From the human T2T-CHM13v2.0 reference genome, Homo sapiens, in the NCBI RefSeq assembly GCF_009914755.1, contig NC_060929.1: a DNA stretch of 64,000 nucleotides, one strand, 5' to 3'. The translations under genes were made by a program, and so were the position numbers. How positions within the stretch are numbered: the first letter of the stretch is position 1; the number at the start of each line of letters is the position of its first letter. This document shows positions 14,439 to 27,603 of this stretch, one piece after another. The notes beneath the pieces are model-generated. The model was given only the letters and a program-made list of their open reading frames with translations. It was not told where the DNA came from and searched no databases.

Positions 14439-15439
14439 ATGAGGGAAAACCAGTGCAAAAAGGCTGAAAATTCCAAAAATCGGAATGCCACTTCTCCTCC
14501 AAAGGATCACAACTTCATGCCAGCAAGGGAACAAAACTGGATGGAGAATGAGTTTGACAAATTGACAAAAGTAGGTTTCAGGAGGTGGGTAATAACAAAT
14601 TCCTCTGAGCCAAAGGACCATGTTCTAACCCAATGCAAGGAAGCCAAGAACCTTGAAAAAAGGTTAGAGGAATTGCTAACTAGAATAACAAGTTTAGAGA
14701 AGAACATAAATGACCTGATGAAGCTGAGAAACATAGCATGAGAACTTCGTGAAGCATACACAAATATCAATAGACAAATCAATAAAGCGGAAGAAAGGAT
14801 ACCAGAGATTGAAGATCCACTTAATGAAATAAAGCATAAGATTAGAGAAAAAAGAATGAAAAAGAATGAGCAAAGACTCTAAGAAATATGGGACTATGTG
14901 AAAAGACAAAATCTACGTTTGATTGGTGTACCTGAAAGTGACAGAGAGAATGGAACCAAGTTGGAAAACACACTTCAGGATATTATCCAGGAGAATTTCC
15001 CCAACCTAGCAAGACAGGCCAACATTCAAATTCAGGAAATACACAGAACACCACTAAGATACTCCTTGAGAAGAGCAACCCCAAGACACATAATTGTCAG
15101 ATTCTCCAAGGTTGAAATGAAGGAAAAAATGTTAAGGGCAGCCAGAGAGTAAGGTCAAGTTACCCACAAAGGGAAGCCCATCAAACTAAGCAGATGTCTC
15201 TGCAGAAACCCTACAAGCCAATATTCAACATTCTTAAAGAAAAGAATTTTCAACCCAGAATTTCATATCCAGCCAAACTAAGCTTCATAAGTGAAGGAGA
15301 AATAAAATCCTTTACAGATAAGCAAATGCGGAGGGATTTTGACACCACCAGGCCTGCTTTACAAGAGTTCCTGAAAGAAGCACTAAATATGGAAAGGAAA
15401 AACCAGTACCAGACACTGCAAAAACAAAGCAAAATGTAA
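14439..15439 (+). pseudogene. L1 ORF1p remnant, disrupted
   Basis: Split across ORFs 14433-14741, 14898-15152 (NLRLIGVPESD...RATPRHIIVRF) and 15194-15439 (QPRISYPAKLSF) by stops, frameshifts and deletions. Confidence 0.93.
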
Positions 15440-15502
15440 AGATCATTGACACTATGGAAAAACTACATCAACTTATGGGCAAAAAAAACAGCTAGCATCA
15501 TA

Positions 15503-18500
15503 ATGATGAGATCAAATTCACACATAACAATATTAAACTTAAATGTAAATGTGCTAAATGCCCCCAATTAAAAGGCACAGACTGGCAAATCTGATAGAGT
15601 GCAGACCCATCAGGTGCCGTATTCAGGAGACACATCTCACGTGCAGAGACACACATAGGCTCAAAATAAAGGGACGGAGGAAGATTTACCAAGCAAATGG
15701 AAAGCAAAAAAAGCAGAAGATTGAATCCTAGTCTCTGATAAAACAGACTTTAAACCAACAAAGATAAAAAAAAAGACAAAGAAGGACATTACATAATGGT
15801 AAAGGGATCAATGTAGCAAGACCTAACTATATTAAATATATATGCATCTAATATAGGAGCACCCAGATTCATAAAGCAAGTTCTTAGAGGTCTACAAAGA
15901 GACTTAGACTCACACACAATAATAGTAGGAGACTTTAACACTCCACTGTCAATATTAGACAGATCAACAAGACAGAAAATTAATAAGGATATTCAGGACT
16001 TGAACTCAGCTCTGGATCAAGCAAACCTAATAGACATCTACAGAACTCTCCACCCCAAATCTACAGAAAATACATTCTTCTCAGCACCATGTCGTGCTTG
16101 TTCTAAAAATCAACCACATAATTGGAAGTAAAACACTCCTCAGTAAATGCAAAAGAATGGAAATCATAACAAACAGTTTCTCAGACCACAGTGCAATCAA
16201 ATTAGAACTCACAATTAAGAAACTCACTCAAAACTGTACAACTACACGGAAACTGAACAACCTGCTCCTGAATGACTACTGGGTAAATAACGAAGTGAAG
16301 GCAGAAATAAATAAGTTCTTTGAAACCAATGAGAACAAATACACAATGTACCAGAATTTTGGGGACACAGCTGAAGCAGTGTTTAGAGGGAAATTTATAG
16401 CACTAAATGCCCACAGGAGAAAGCAGGAAAGACCTAAAATCGGCACCCTAACATCACAATTAAAAGAGCTAGAAAAGCAAGGGCAAACAAATTCAAAAGC
16501 TAGGAGAGGGCAAGAAATAACTAAGATCAGAGCAGAACTGAAGGAGATAGAGACACAAAAAACCCTTCAAAAAATCAATGCATCTAGGAGCTAGTTTTTT
16601 GAAAAGATTAACAAAATAGATATACTACTAGCCAGACTAATAAAAAAGAAAAGAGAGAAGAAGAAAATAGACACAATAAAACATGATAAAAGAGAGATCA
16701 CCACTGATCCCACAGAAATACAAACTACCATCAGAGAATAATATAAATACCTCTATGTAAATAAACTAGAAAATCTAGGAGAAAGAGAAAAATTCCCAGA
16801 CACATACACCCTGCCAAGACTAAACCAAGAATAAGTCAAATCCCTGAATAGACTAATAACAAGTTATGAAATTGAGGCAGTGATTGATAGCCTACCAACC
16901 AAAAAAAAGCCCAGAACCAGACGGATTCACAGTTGAATTCTACCAAAGGTACAAACAGGAGCTGGTACCATTCCTTCTGAAACTGTTCCAAACAATAGAA
17001 AAAAAGAGACTTTTCCCTAACTCATTTTATGAGGCCACCATCATCCTGATACCAAAACCAGGCAGAGACACAATGAAAAAAGAAAATTTCAGGTCAATAT
17101 CCCTGATGAATATCAATGCAAAAATCTTCAATAAAATACTGGCAAACCTAATCCAGCAGCACATCAAAAGGCTTATCCACCACGATCACGTCAGCTTCAT
17201 CCCAGGGAGGCAAGGCTGGTTCAACCTATGCAAATCAATAAATGTAATCCATCACATAAACAGAACCAATGACAAAAACCACATGATTATCTCAATAGTT
17301 GCAGAAAAGGTCTGTGATAAAATACAACACCCCTTCATGTTAAAAACACTAAATAAACTAGGTGTTGATGGAATGTATCTCAAAATAATAAGAGCTATCT
17401 ATGACAAACCCACAGCCAATATCATACTGAATTGGCAAAAACTGGAAGCATTCCCTTTGAAAACCAGCACAAGAAAAAGATGCCCTCTCTCACCACTACT
17501 ATTCAACATAGTATTGGATGTTCTGGCCAGGGCAATCGGGCAAAAGAACAAAATAAAGTATTCAAATAGGAAGAGAGGAAGTCAAATTGTATCTGTTTGC
17601 AGATGACATGATTGTATATTTAGAAAACCGCATCATCTCAGCCCCAAAACTCCTTAAGCTGATAGGCAACTTCAGCAAAGTTTCAGGATATAAAATCAAT
17701 GTGCAAAAATCACATGTATTTTTTTACACCAATAATAGCCAAATCATGAGTGAATTCCCATTCACAATTACTACAAAGAGAATAAAATACCTAGGAATAC
17801 AATTTACAAGGGGTGTGAAGGACCTATAAACCACTGCTCAAGGAAATAAGGACACAAATAAATGGAAAAACATTCCATGCTCATGGATAGGAAGAATCAA
17901 TATCATAAAAATGGCCCATACTGCCCAAAGTAATTTATGCATTCAATGCTATTCCCATCAAGATACCATTGAATTTCTTCACAGAATTGGAAAAAACTAC
18001 TTTAAGTTTCATATGGAAACAAAAAAGCGCCTGTATACCCAAGACAGTCCTAAGCAAAAAGAACAAAGCTGGAGGCATCACGCTACCTGACTTCAAACTA
18101 TACTACAAGTCTGCAGTAACCAAAACAGCATGGTACTTGTACCAAAACAGATATATAGACCAATGGAACAGAACAGAGGCCTCAGAAATAAAGCCACACA
18201 TCCACAACCATCTGATCTTTGACAAACCTGACAAAAACAAGAAATGGGGAAAGGATTCCCTATTTTATAAGTGGTGTTGGGAAAACTGGCTAGCCGTATG
18301 CAGAAAACTGAAACTGGACCCCTTCCTTACACCTTATGCAAAAATTAACCCAAGATAGATTAAAGACTTAAATATAAGACCTAAAGCCATAAAAGCCCTA
18401 GAAGAAAACCTAGGCAATATCATTCAGGACATAGGCATGGGCAAAGATTTCATGACTAAAACACCAAAAGCAATGGCAACAAAAGCCAAAATTGACAAAT

Positions 18501-19286
18501 GGGATCTAATTAAATTAAAGAGCTCCTGCACACCAAAAGCAACTATCAACAGAGTAAAAAGGCAACCTACAGAATGGGAGAAAATTTTTGCAGTCTATCG
18601 ATCTGACAAAGGCTAATATCCAGAATCTACAAGGAACTTAAACAAATTTACAAGAAAAAAAATCAAAAAGTGGGCAAAGGATATGAACAGATATTTTTCA
18701 AAAGAAGACATTTATGCAGCCAACAAACATATGAAAAAAAAAGCTCATCATCACTGGTCATTAGAGAAATGCAAATCAAAACCACAATGAGATACCATTA
18801 ACACCAGTTAGAATGGTGATCATTAAAAAGTCAGGAAACAACAGATACTAGAGAGGACTGGAGAAATATGAACGCTTTTACACTGTTGGTGGGTGTGTAA
18901 ATTAGTTCAACCGTTATGGAAGACAGTGTGGCAATTCCTCAATAATCTAGAACCAGAAATACATTTGACCTAACAATCCCGTTACTGGTTATATACCCAG
19001 AGGATTATAAATCATTTTCTGCTATAAAGACACAGGCACACATATGTTTATTACAGCACTGTTCACAATAGCAAAGACTTGGAACCAATCCAAATGCCCA
19101 TCAATGTTAGACTGGATAAAGAAAATGTGGCACATATACACCATGGAATACTCTGCAGTCATGAAAAAGAATGAGTTCGTGTCCTTTGCAGGGACATGGA
19201 TGAAGCTGGAAACCATCATTCTCAGCAAAATAATAGAGGGACAGAAAGCCATACACTGCATGTTCTCACTCATAAGTCAGAGTTGA
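15503..19286 (+). pseudogene. L1 ORF2p (endonuclease/reverse transcriptase) remnant, disrupted
   Basis: Fragments carrying SDHSAI (EN), FADD (RT, ORF 17587) and the C-terminal MKLETIILSK; many stops and frameshifts. Confidence 0.93.
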
Positions 19287-20051
19287 ACAAGAGAACACAT
19301 GGACACAGGGAGGGGAACATCACACACCAGGGCCTGTCAAGGGGTGGGGGACCAGGGGCAGGATGGCATTAGGAGAAATACGTAATGTAGATGACGGGTT
19401 GATGGGTGCAGCAAACCACCATGGCACATGTATACCTATGTAACAAACCTGCACGTTCTGCACATGTATCCCAGAACTTAAAGTATAATAAAAGTAAAGG
19501 AAAAAAAAATTTTGGAAGTGTAAACGCTGTATACAAAGTGGAAGTACCTAAGTGGCAGCAGATTTGCCTTTTCTAAGAAGAATTTGGATAAAAAAAATTT
19601 TGGTTGTTACATAAAAGGAGCAATCACTAACCAAATGAAGTGAGTGAAAGAATTTACAAGCAAGCCACTTAGAATTTTAGAGTTGCTGCATATTTTAGGT
19701 GAGGGATTAATAGACAGTATTTGGAACTCCAATAATGTCTCTTTTCAAATCGAAAAATGGAAACTAAACCAAGATGTTAGTTTGGGAAGCAGCTGCAGCC
19801 CATTGTAGGAGAATACATGCGCATTCCTTCAATGCTGTTACTAAGATACCAAATTTAGCACAAAACAATACAACTTTGAAAAACCAAAGAACTTGGGCTT
19901 AGAAATTCACTTTTACCAAGAATGTAAAATTTGTGATAGGTTTGCTGTAATAAGTTCATATGATCTAGCTCAGATAAATTGTTTCCTTTAGCCCTTTGCA
20001 GTAAAAAGTGTTTTTTCTGTGTACTCTCTCTTTAAAGCCTGTTAGTATTAA

Positions 20052-20095
20052 AATTCCATCTTATCTAATTTATAATTCCATCTTATCTAATTTAT
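20052..20095. repeat. Perfect 22-bp tandem duplication
   Basis: aattccatcttatctaatttat x2. Confidence 0.95.
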
Positions 20096-20808
20096 AAAAA
20101 TGTTTAATCAAATAAGATTTTGAACATTAATTATATTCCTCAAACAGTTTCTAGGAATCATCTCCTAAGTTTCTGAATTCCAAGCAAGTAGTACTGTGCC
20201 TGCCATTCAGTAGTCAATATATTCTTATATTAACTATATTAATATAACATTATTACTATTAACTATATTAGTTAATAGTAAATATTTATGATAAATAAAT
20301 GTTTAATTAAAGAATGAAGTCATTCAACTTTAAAATTTTTATCTTTCAAAATCTTGATGAAAAAATAGTCCATGAATCAAATTTATTAGCTTATATGAAA
20401 AGAGTCCATATCTTTACTCCTACCTCTCACTTGTTACTATTACCTTTTGGGTATTTTTGGAGTTTGGTGTTCATGCTTGAAACAACTATTTTATTTTAGT
20501 AATAAATGTAAAACTTTCTCATATGTTCTCAAGAGAAAACATCATTAAGATGCAAAAATAAAAAATAGAAATATTTTTAAAGAGAAATATTCTCTTTAGA
20601 AAGAGATTATGTTTTTCCATTCAAATTTTCTTTTCCATTTCTTATCTCATTCTCTCCATGCAATCTCTCGTGGGACACTTTAAAAAAAAAGTTTTTCCAA
20701 AAGTTGAATTAAATGAAGTTCCTTTTTATATGAATACTTCCTATAATAGATTTATCTCATACTTTCAGACATATCCTGATATATAAAAATAAAGAAATTA
20801 GTTTTATG

Positions 20809-21113
<305 letters not shown>

Positions 21114-21963
21114 AAATTAGTTTCAAGACCTTATTTTATTTATTGAATATTGAATAATTATGGGCACCCTCCATGCATCTTCTTGTTGTATTCATAGATC
21201 ACAAATTGCTTTCTTCAGATTGTATAAAGCAGAATTGGCCAGTGTTCAAGCTCTTTGATTAAACAAAATGTAAAGGAATATAATATCCCCCTAAAAGAGA
21301 AGATGCGGTGTGGTGGAGCCTTCCCACAGTGTCTGACACAGCAGGATTACCACTGTCATATCCACGCTCCAATCGCTCCCTTGTCAGTCCTTCAAATATT
21401 TCAGCACTTTTTCTTTCCTTTAATTATTCATTTAAACAATGAAATAGGGAGGGAACTTCACCCACTTGGTTAATAGCCTTTGATTATAGAGTGAGAATGG
21501 AGAACCTTACTGGGAATTCTAAGTTCAACTGCACACTGAAAAGTTTATAAATAAAGTTTCCTGTTAGCTAACCAGAAGTGTCTAAAAATCACCATGTCAC
21601 ATTCATAGTTTAGTCTAGAAATTTAGAGCTAGAGCTGGGGAACATTATACCTGAGAATATAAACAAAATAATTCATTAGACGCTCACTGTATGTGTACAC
21701 AAGAACAAAGGGAACACTTGTATATAAAACATAAAATTTTGCTACTACCATATCTTGAAAGGATAAAACGTCCTTAATCACATCTAACAACTATGCTTGA
21801 ATGAAATGTGCCCTATTGTTACATTTGAATTGTAGAGTTTTTTGGTGTTATGTTGGTGACATTAGTGTTGAACTTTGTTTATTTCGCTACAGCACTAGCA
21901 ATCTAGAAACAAATATAACACATCATGGACTTTCTAACTAAAGAGAGATTAGGAATGAATTCA

Positions 21964-23033
<1,070 letters not shown>

Positions 23034-24228
23034 TATACTATATACAATATAACGCTCAATATTTTTATGGATAAGAACAGCATTAATATAAAGTACTCAT
23101 TCCAAAGCATTGCAACTCAAAATGCTGAACTCATAAAATTTAAGACATACTAACATTAGCCAAATATTGAAATTAAGCTATACTATATGATTTAAATAAA
23201 TATTATACATCTGTATATATAAAAATGTGAAATGTATTCCTAAATAGGTTAAGATTTTTTGATAAAAGATTAAAAATAAAACAAAATTCTCCATCTCCAA
23301 GAATTTTAGAACTGGCTACCAAACTGCCTTTTGTAATGTCTGGAAATAATTGCAAATATATGTGTAAATATATAAATAACACTGCATTTCTGTATTTTCA
23401 CCTTATTGCAATAATTTTACTACAAGCAAACTGTATTCTTGGAAAGCAGATATTTTTTATTATGCAATATGCCTCCTTTGGACAAGATCAACATTCATTC
23501 AAGGTGAAGTTTAACCAGCTATTTCTGATGACTTTCCTATTACTCTTAATCTCATAGCAATCACTCCCCTCTATGCTTCTCTGCTTTTTTCACATTGTTA
23601 TGTAATTCTGCCTGTGAATTCATGTCCCCTTTTGTTTCCACACCTGTTTATATGGCACCTAGTAGGTGTTCAATATATGCTTTTGAATAGTATTTAATGA
23701 TTTATTTTATTTCCAGAGACCTTGGACATTTGACTTGATGATATGACTTCCAAATGTCTCTTTTACCCATTCGTTCTTTTAAATTATTCACTGTTAATCT
23801 CATGCTTAGAAGTCTCTCAATCTACAGTTTTATTCGTGCTGAATAATGCCACCAGAATAATCATTATAAAGCAATGCTGTCATCGTGCCGCACTTTTACA
23901 TTAAAAACCATCCACACGACCTACTGCCTACAGGATACATTAATTTATTCAGTGAGAAAACATTTATAGAGTGTTTTCTATGTGCCGAGATGTTGTTCAA
24001 ACATTCAAGTCCCTCTGAATTTGGCTATAATCAACATTTGCATCAAAATCTCCAAACTTTGACCTTCTTGGATCTGACACTCTAGCTATTTTTATTTTAT
24101 TGTCTCCTTTACGTATATCTGTGCCTTCCCACTTTCCAAATTCTGCACATTAAGACTGCTCTTTTCTTCAATGACTAATCTAATTTTTAAGACATAATTA
24201 AATTTCTCCTTTTATGAAAATTTTACAA

Positions 24229-25567
24229 GCCATTTCAGATATGAATAATTTGTTTTCTATTGTACTCAACTCTCTTTTAATTGTAAGCTGCCTTCTAATA
24301 GATTTAATTTTACTGTATTGATTTTATTATAGAAGTCAGAATATACAATTAAAAATGAGGGCTTTAGAATTGATTGTATTTAAGTTGAAATTACCAGTAA
24401 GATAAATGCTAGTCATATGATTTTGGTTAAATTAATGTCTGAATTAGTTTCCTACTTCTAAAGTGAAATTAGTAATAACTAGTTTCTAGACAGTAAGAAT
24501 TTAATGAGATAGCATTGGTATTTATTGATGATAACTTTTGTACAGTTTTGCAAATTTTGTATTTATGTTTATCAACTAGTTTGCAAGGCCTTGAGAACAA
24601 ACGGGTATATCATATTTTATTATATATACTATTATGAGAAGCAGAATCATGGAAAATATTTCTGTCATAATGGATTATTTAATTATTTAGTTTTTCTATA
24701 ATATACTTCTGGGAAAACAATAAACCATGGATACAACAATATGACAGAAAGATAATACCTGATCAGTGAATAATATGTCAAATTTTATATGTGTTTATGT
24801 ATGTGTGTTTATTTTGTATATATATTTAAGTTTATAGGTATATAAATGTACATGTATACTAGTATATATAGATACGTGCATACATACATAGACGCACTCA
24901 AATGTATGTAGATATGTATATAAATACGCATATGAAGTGTGTTCATACAAAATACCCATATATACACATTTCTACACACACATTTACTCACATACAGACA
25001 TAATTCAGATAAGAAACTATTTTGGCCATTCCTGTTATGACTAATTTGTTTTCTATTGTACTCAACTGTCTTTTAATTGTAAGCTGCCTTCCAATAGATT
25101 TAATTTTGTTGTATTGATTTTACTATGGAAGACAGAATTATACAATTAAAAATGAGGGCTTTATAATTGGTTGTATTTGAGTTCAAATTATCAGTAAGAT
25201 AAATACTAGTCATGTGATTGTGGTTAAATTAATTTCTGAATTAGTTTATTACCTCTAAAGTGAAATCAGTAATAACTAGTTTCTAGATGATAAGAATTCA
25301 CTCAAACATTTGTAGATATGTACATAAACATACATATGAACAGTGTTCATATAAAATACCCATATATATACACTATTTGAACAAATTAGTGATATCCGGA
25401 ATTGCCAAAATAGTTTCTTATCTGATTTTACTATGTTTGTATGTGAGTATGTGTGTGTAGAAATGTGTACATATGGGTATTTTATATGAACACTGTTCAG
25501 ATGTATATTAATGTACATATCTATATACATTTGAGTGTGTCTATGTGTGTATGTACATATCTGCATT
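24229..25567. repeat. Complex local direct + inverted duplication
   Basis: 24229-24501 ~ 25025-25298 (direct); 24895-24967 ~ 25299-25373 (direct); ~24866-25050 ~ reverse complement of 25380-25567. Confidence 0.92.
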
Positions 25568-26600
25568 TACAAATATTTCTAGAGAGCACAGTTCTGTTGG
25601 AAATGCAACTGGAGGTAATAGTGCACTTTGTTAGGAGCTAAAATATCAACATTTTAAAGATTTCCAGACTTCAACTTGAAGAGGGCTCAAAATGGATATT
25701 TTGAACTGATCAGGTTCAATTACATTAAAGAAAGTTCAATAAATCAGTAAAATATACAAGAATCTTTTAAAGATTATACTAATCGAAAAAATTATTTCTC
25801 TAAAGATTTTGTTTTAAAGAAAGTTTCTTGATTTAGGGAGAATTTTAAGCTTAATCTTACATTGCATTATTGATCAACTGGATGAAAGGAGCAACTTCCA
25901 TTTTTCCATTTTTTATTTCTTCTATTAAAACCCAAGCACACAGTTCTATGGCATTGCCCTTCATTTGTTCTGCCCAGTTGGAATGCATGGCTAAGCTCTC
26001 AAGGGAATGTTCTTGCTATTTATTATTGATTTTATAGCTCAAAAATGTGAGTGGGCAGTGAATGGCTGGATTGCAGATTAGGAAATAACCACTTAGAAGA
26101 AGAAGCCAGCTGGACACTTGTGATAAATTGCTATTTTCTGTCTGAATTTTATACCTAGTTATAGGTAGTTTACAGAATTAAGCTCCATATGGACAAAATG
26201 CTACTGAGGGGACTACAACATAACCTGTGCGTAGTTACAGATGCTTTTCTCATTCTTTTGGGACACGTTGTAGGAGAAATATGTCATAATCAGGGATTTA
26301 GAAATAATGAAAGATTTGGCTTTCATCTGTTTTTCATGGATTTGCCAGAGCTGAGATAAAGAAAACAAACATACACAAATGTTAGCTCTGATAGCATTAA
26401 AACAGACTAAACAAATGCTCCCTGAATGCGATTAGACTCACACACAGACACACACACAAGCTCTAGCACCACTTTCACCAGCAGCACTGTAATTCTCAGC
26501 ATAGAAAAGTTTCAATGCTTTTAAGTAATGTTGAAATAAATTGTCTGCCATAAAATAATCTTGATAAATTATCCAATTGTTTTTCTTGACTTAATAATAT

Positions 26601-26995
26601 CGCATTAGTCAGCTCAAGCTGCTATATAACAGAATACCATAGACTAAGTTTCATAAACAACAAACATTTATTTCTCACAGTTCTGGAGACTGGGAAGTCC
26701 AAGATCAAATTTCTGCCAGCTCTAGTGTCTGGTAAGGGTACTCTATGTGGTTTGCACATGGTCATCTCTTCATTGTGTCTTCACATGGCAGAGAGTAGAG
26801 ACAGAGGGAAAGAGAGAGAAGCATAAGTGTGTCTCTTCTTATGAGGGCGCTAATCCCATTTATTAGGGCTCCACCTTCATGACCTAATCCCCTCCCAAAG
26901 GCCCCACCTATTAATACTATAACATCGGAAGTTAGGGTTTCAACTTATGAGTTTGGGGGTAGGGTTGGGAGGACATACACATTCAGTCCAGAACA
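26601..26995 (-). mobile_element. MaLR solo LTR (MLT1A/MLT1A0-like)
   Basis: tttatttctcacagttctggagactgggaagtccaagatcaa...cacatggcagagag...ctcccaaaggccccacct...acattcagtcca. Confidence 0.85.
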
Positions 26996-27098
26996 ATCAT
27001 CTAAACTAAACATAAGAAATGCACATTTTCCAATGAGTTTTCCAATTTATAATGATTTTAAATTATAGATTAGCATTCTTTAAAATTATTATGAAGAA

Positions 27099-27603
27099 TG
27101 TATCAGCCAGGGCTCGACCAGGAAACAGAAACAACGTATTTGGAACTGATATAAAATTTAATGCAGCAAATTTTATATATATCTGATGACAGAACTGAAT
27201 AGCCAAATAGGGGGAGGAAGCAATGCTGAGATTTTAAAAAGACATAAGGTCACTACTACTCACAGGCTACAGAGACAACAGGGAGTGGGTAATATTATGG
27301 AGCCTGGAGCCAGCCAGGGATTTCCAAGATACTGGGGCCAATGTGTACCTTTCAAGCAGGGCTTGGACCCGTGGAGGTGATACAGCTATTGCTAGAAGTG
27401 CTACCTAAAGCAAAGAGGAAGAGGAAAAGCAACCTGGCTTCTCCACCAGTGCCAACCAGTACCCCCCCATTAGCTAAATCCATCTAGAAGCCAACTAACA
27501 TGGAAGAAACACTTCCTGCTGGATCAATACCCTTGTGATTTTCCTTTCTGGGAAAAAACGAGGAATTGATCTCCTGAGGGTAAACCAGCCCAGTAACAGC
27601 ACA
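27099..27603 (-). mobile_element. ERVL-type solo LTR (LTR41-like)
   Basis: tgtatcagccagggctcgaccaggaaacagaaac start and ...aacagcaca end (TG...CA); family call tentative. Confidence 0.5.

Larger units (their letters stand above)
13091..19509 (+). mobile_element. Full-length LINE-1, L1PA7-like, decayed
   Basis: 5'UTR ggcaagatggcc...ggaacagctc; ORF1 and ORF2 remnants; 3' end aaaccaccatggcac...gcacgttctgcacatgtatcccagaacttaaagtataataaaa; TSD aaaatttggaagtg (13077-13090) / aaaattttggaagtg (19506-19520). Confidence 0.96.
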
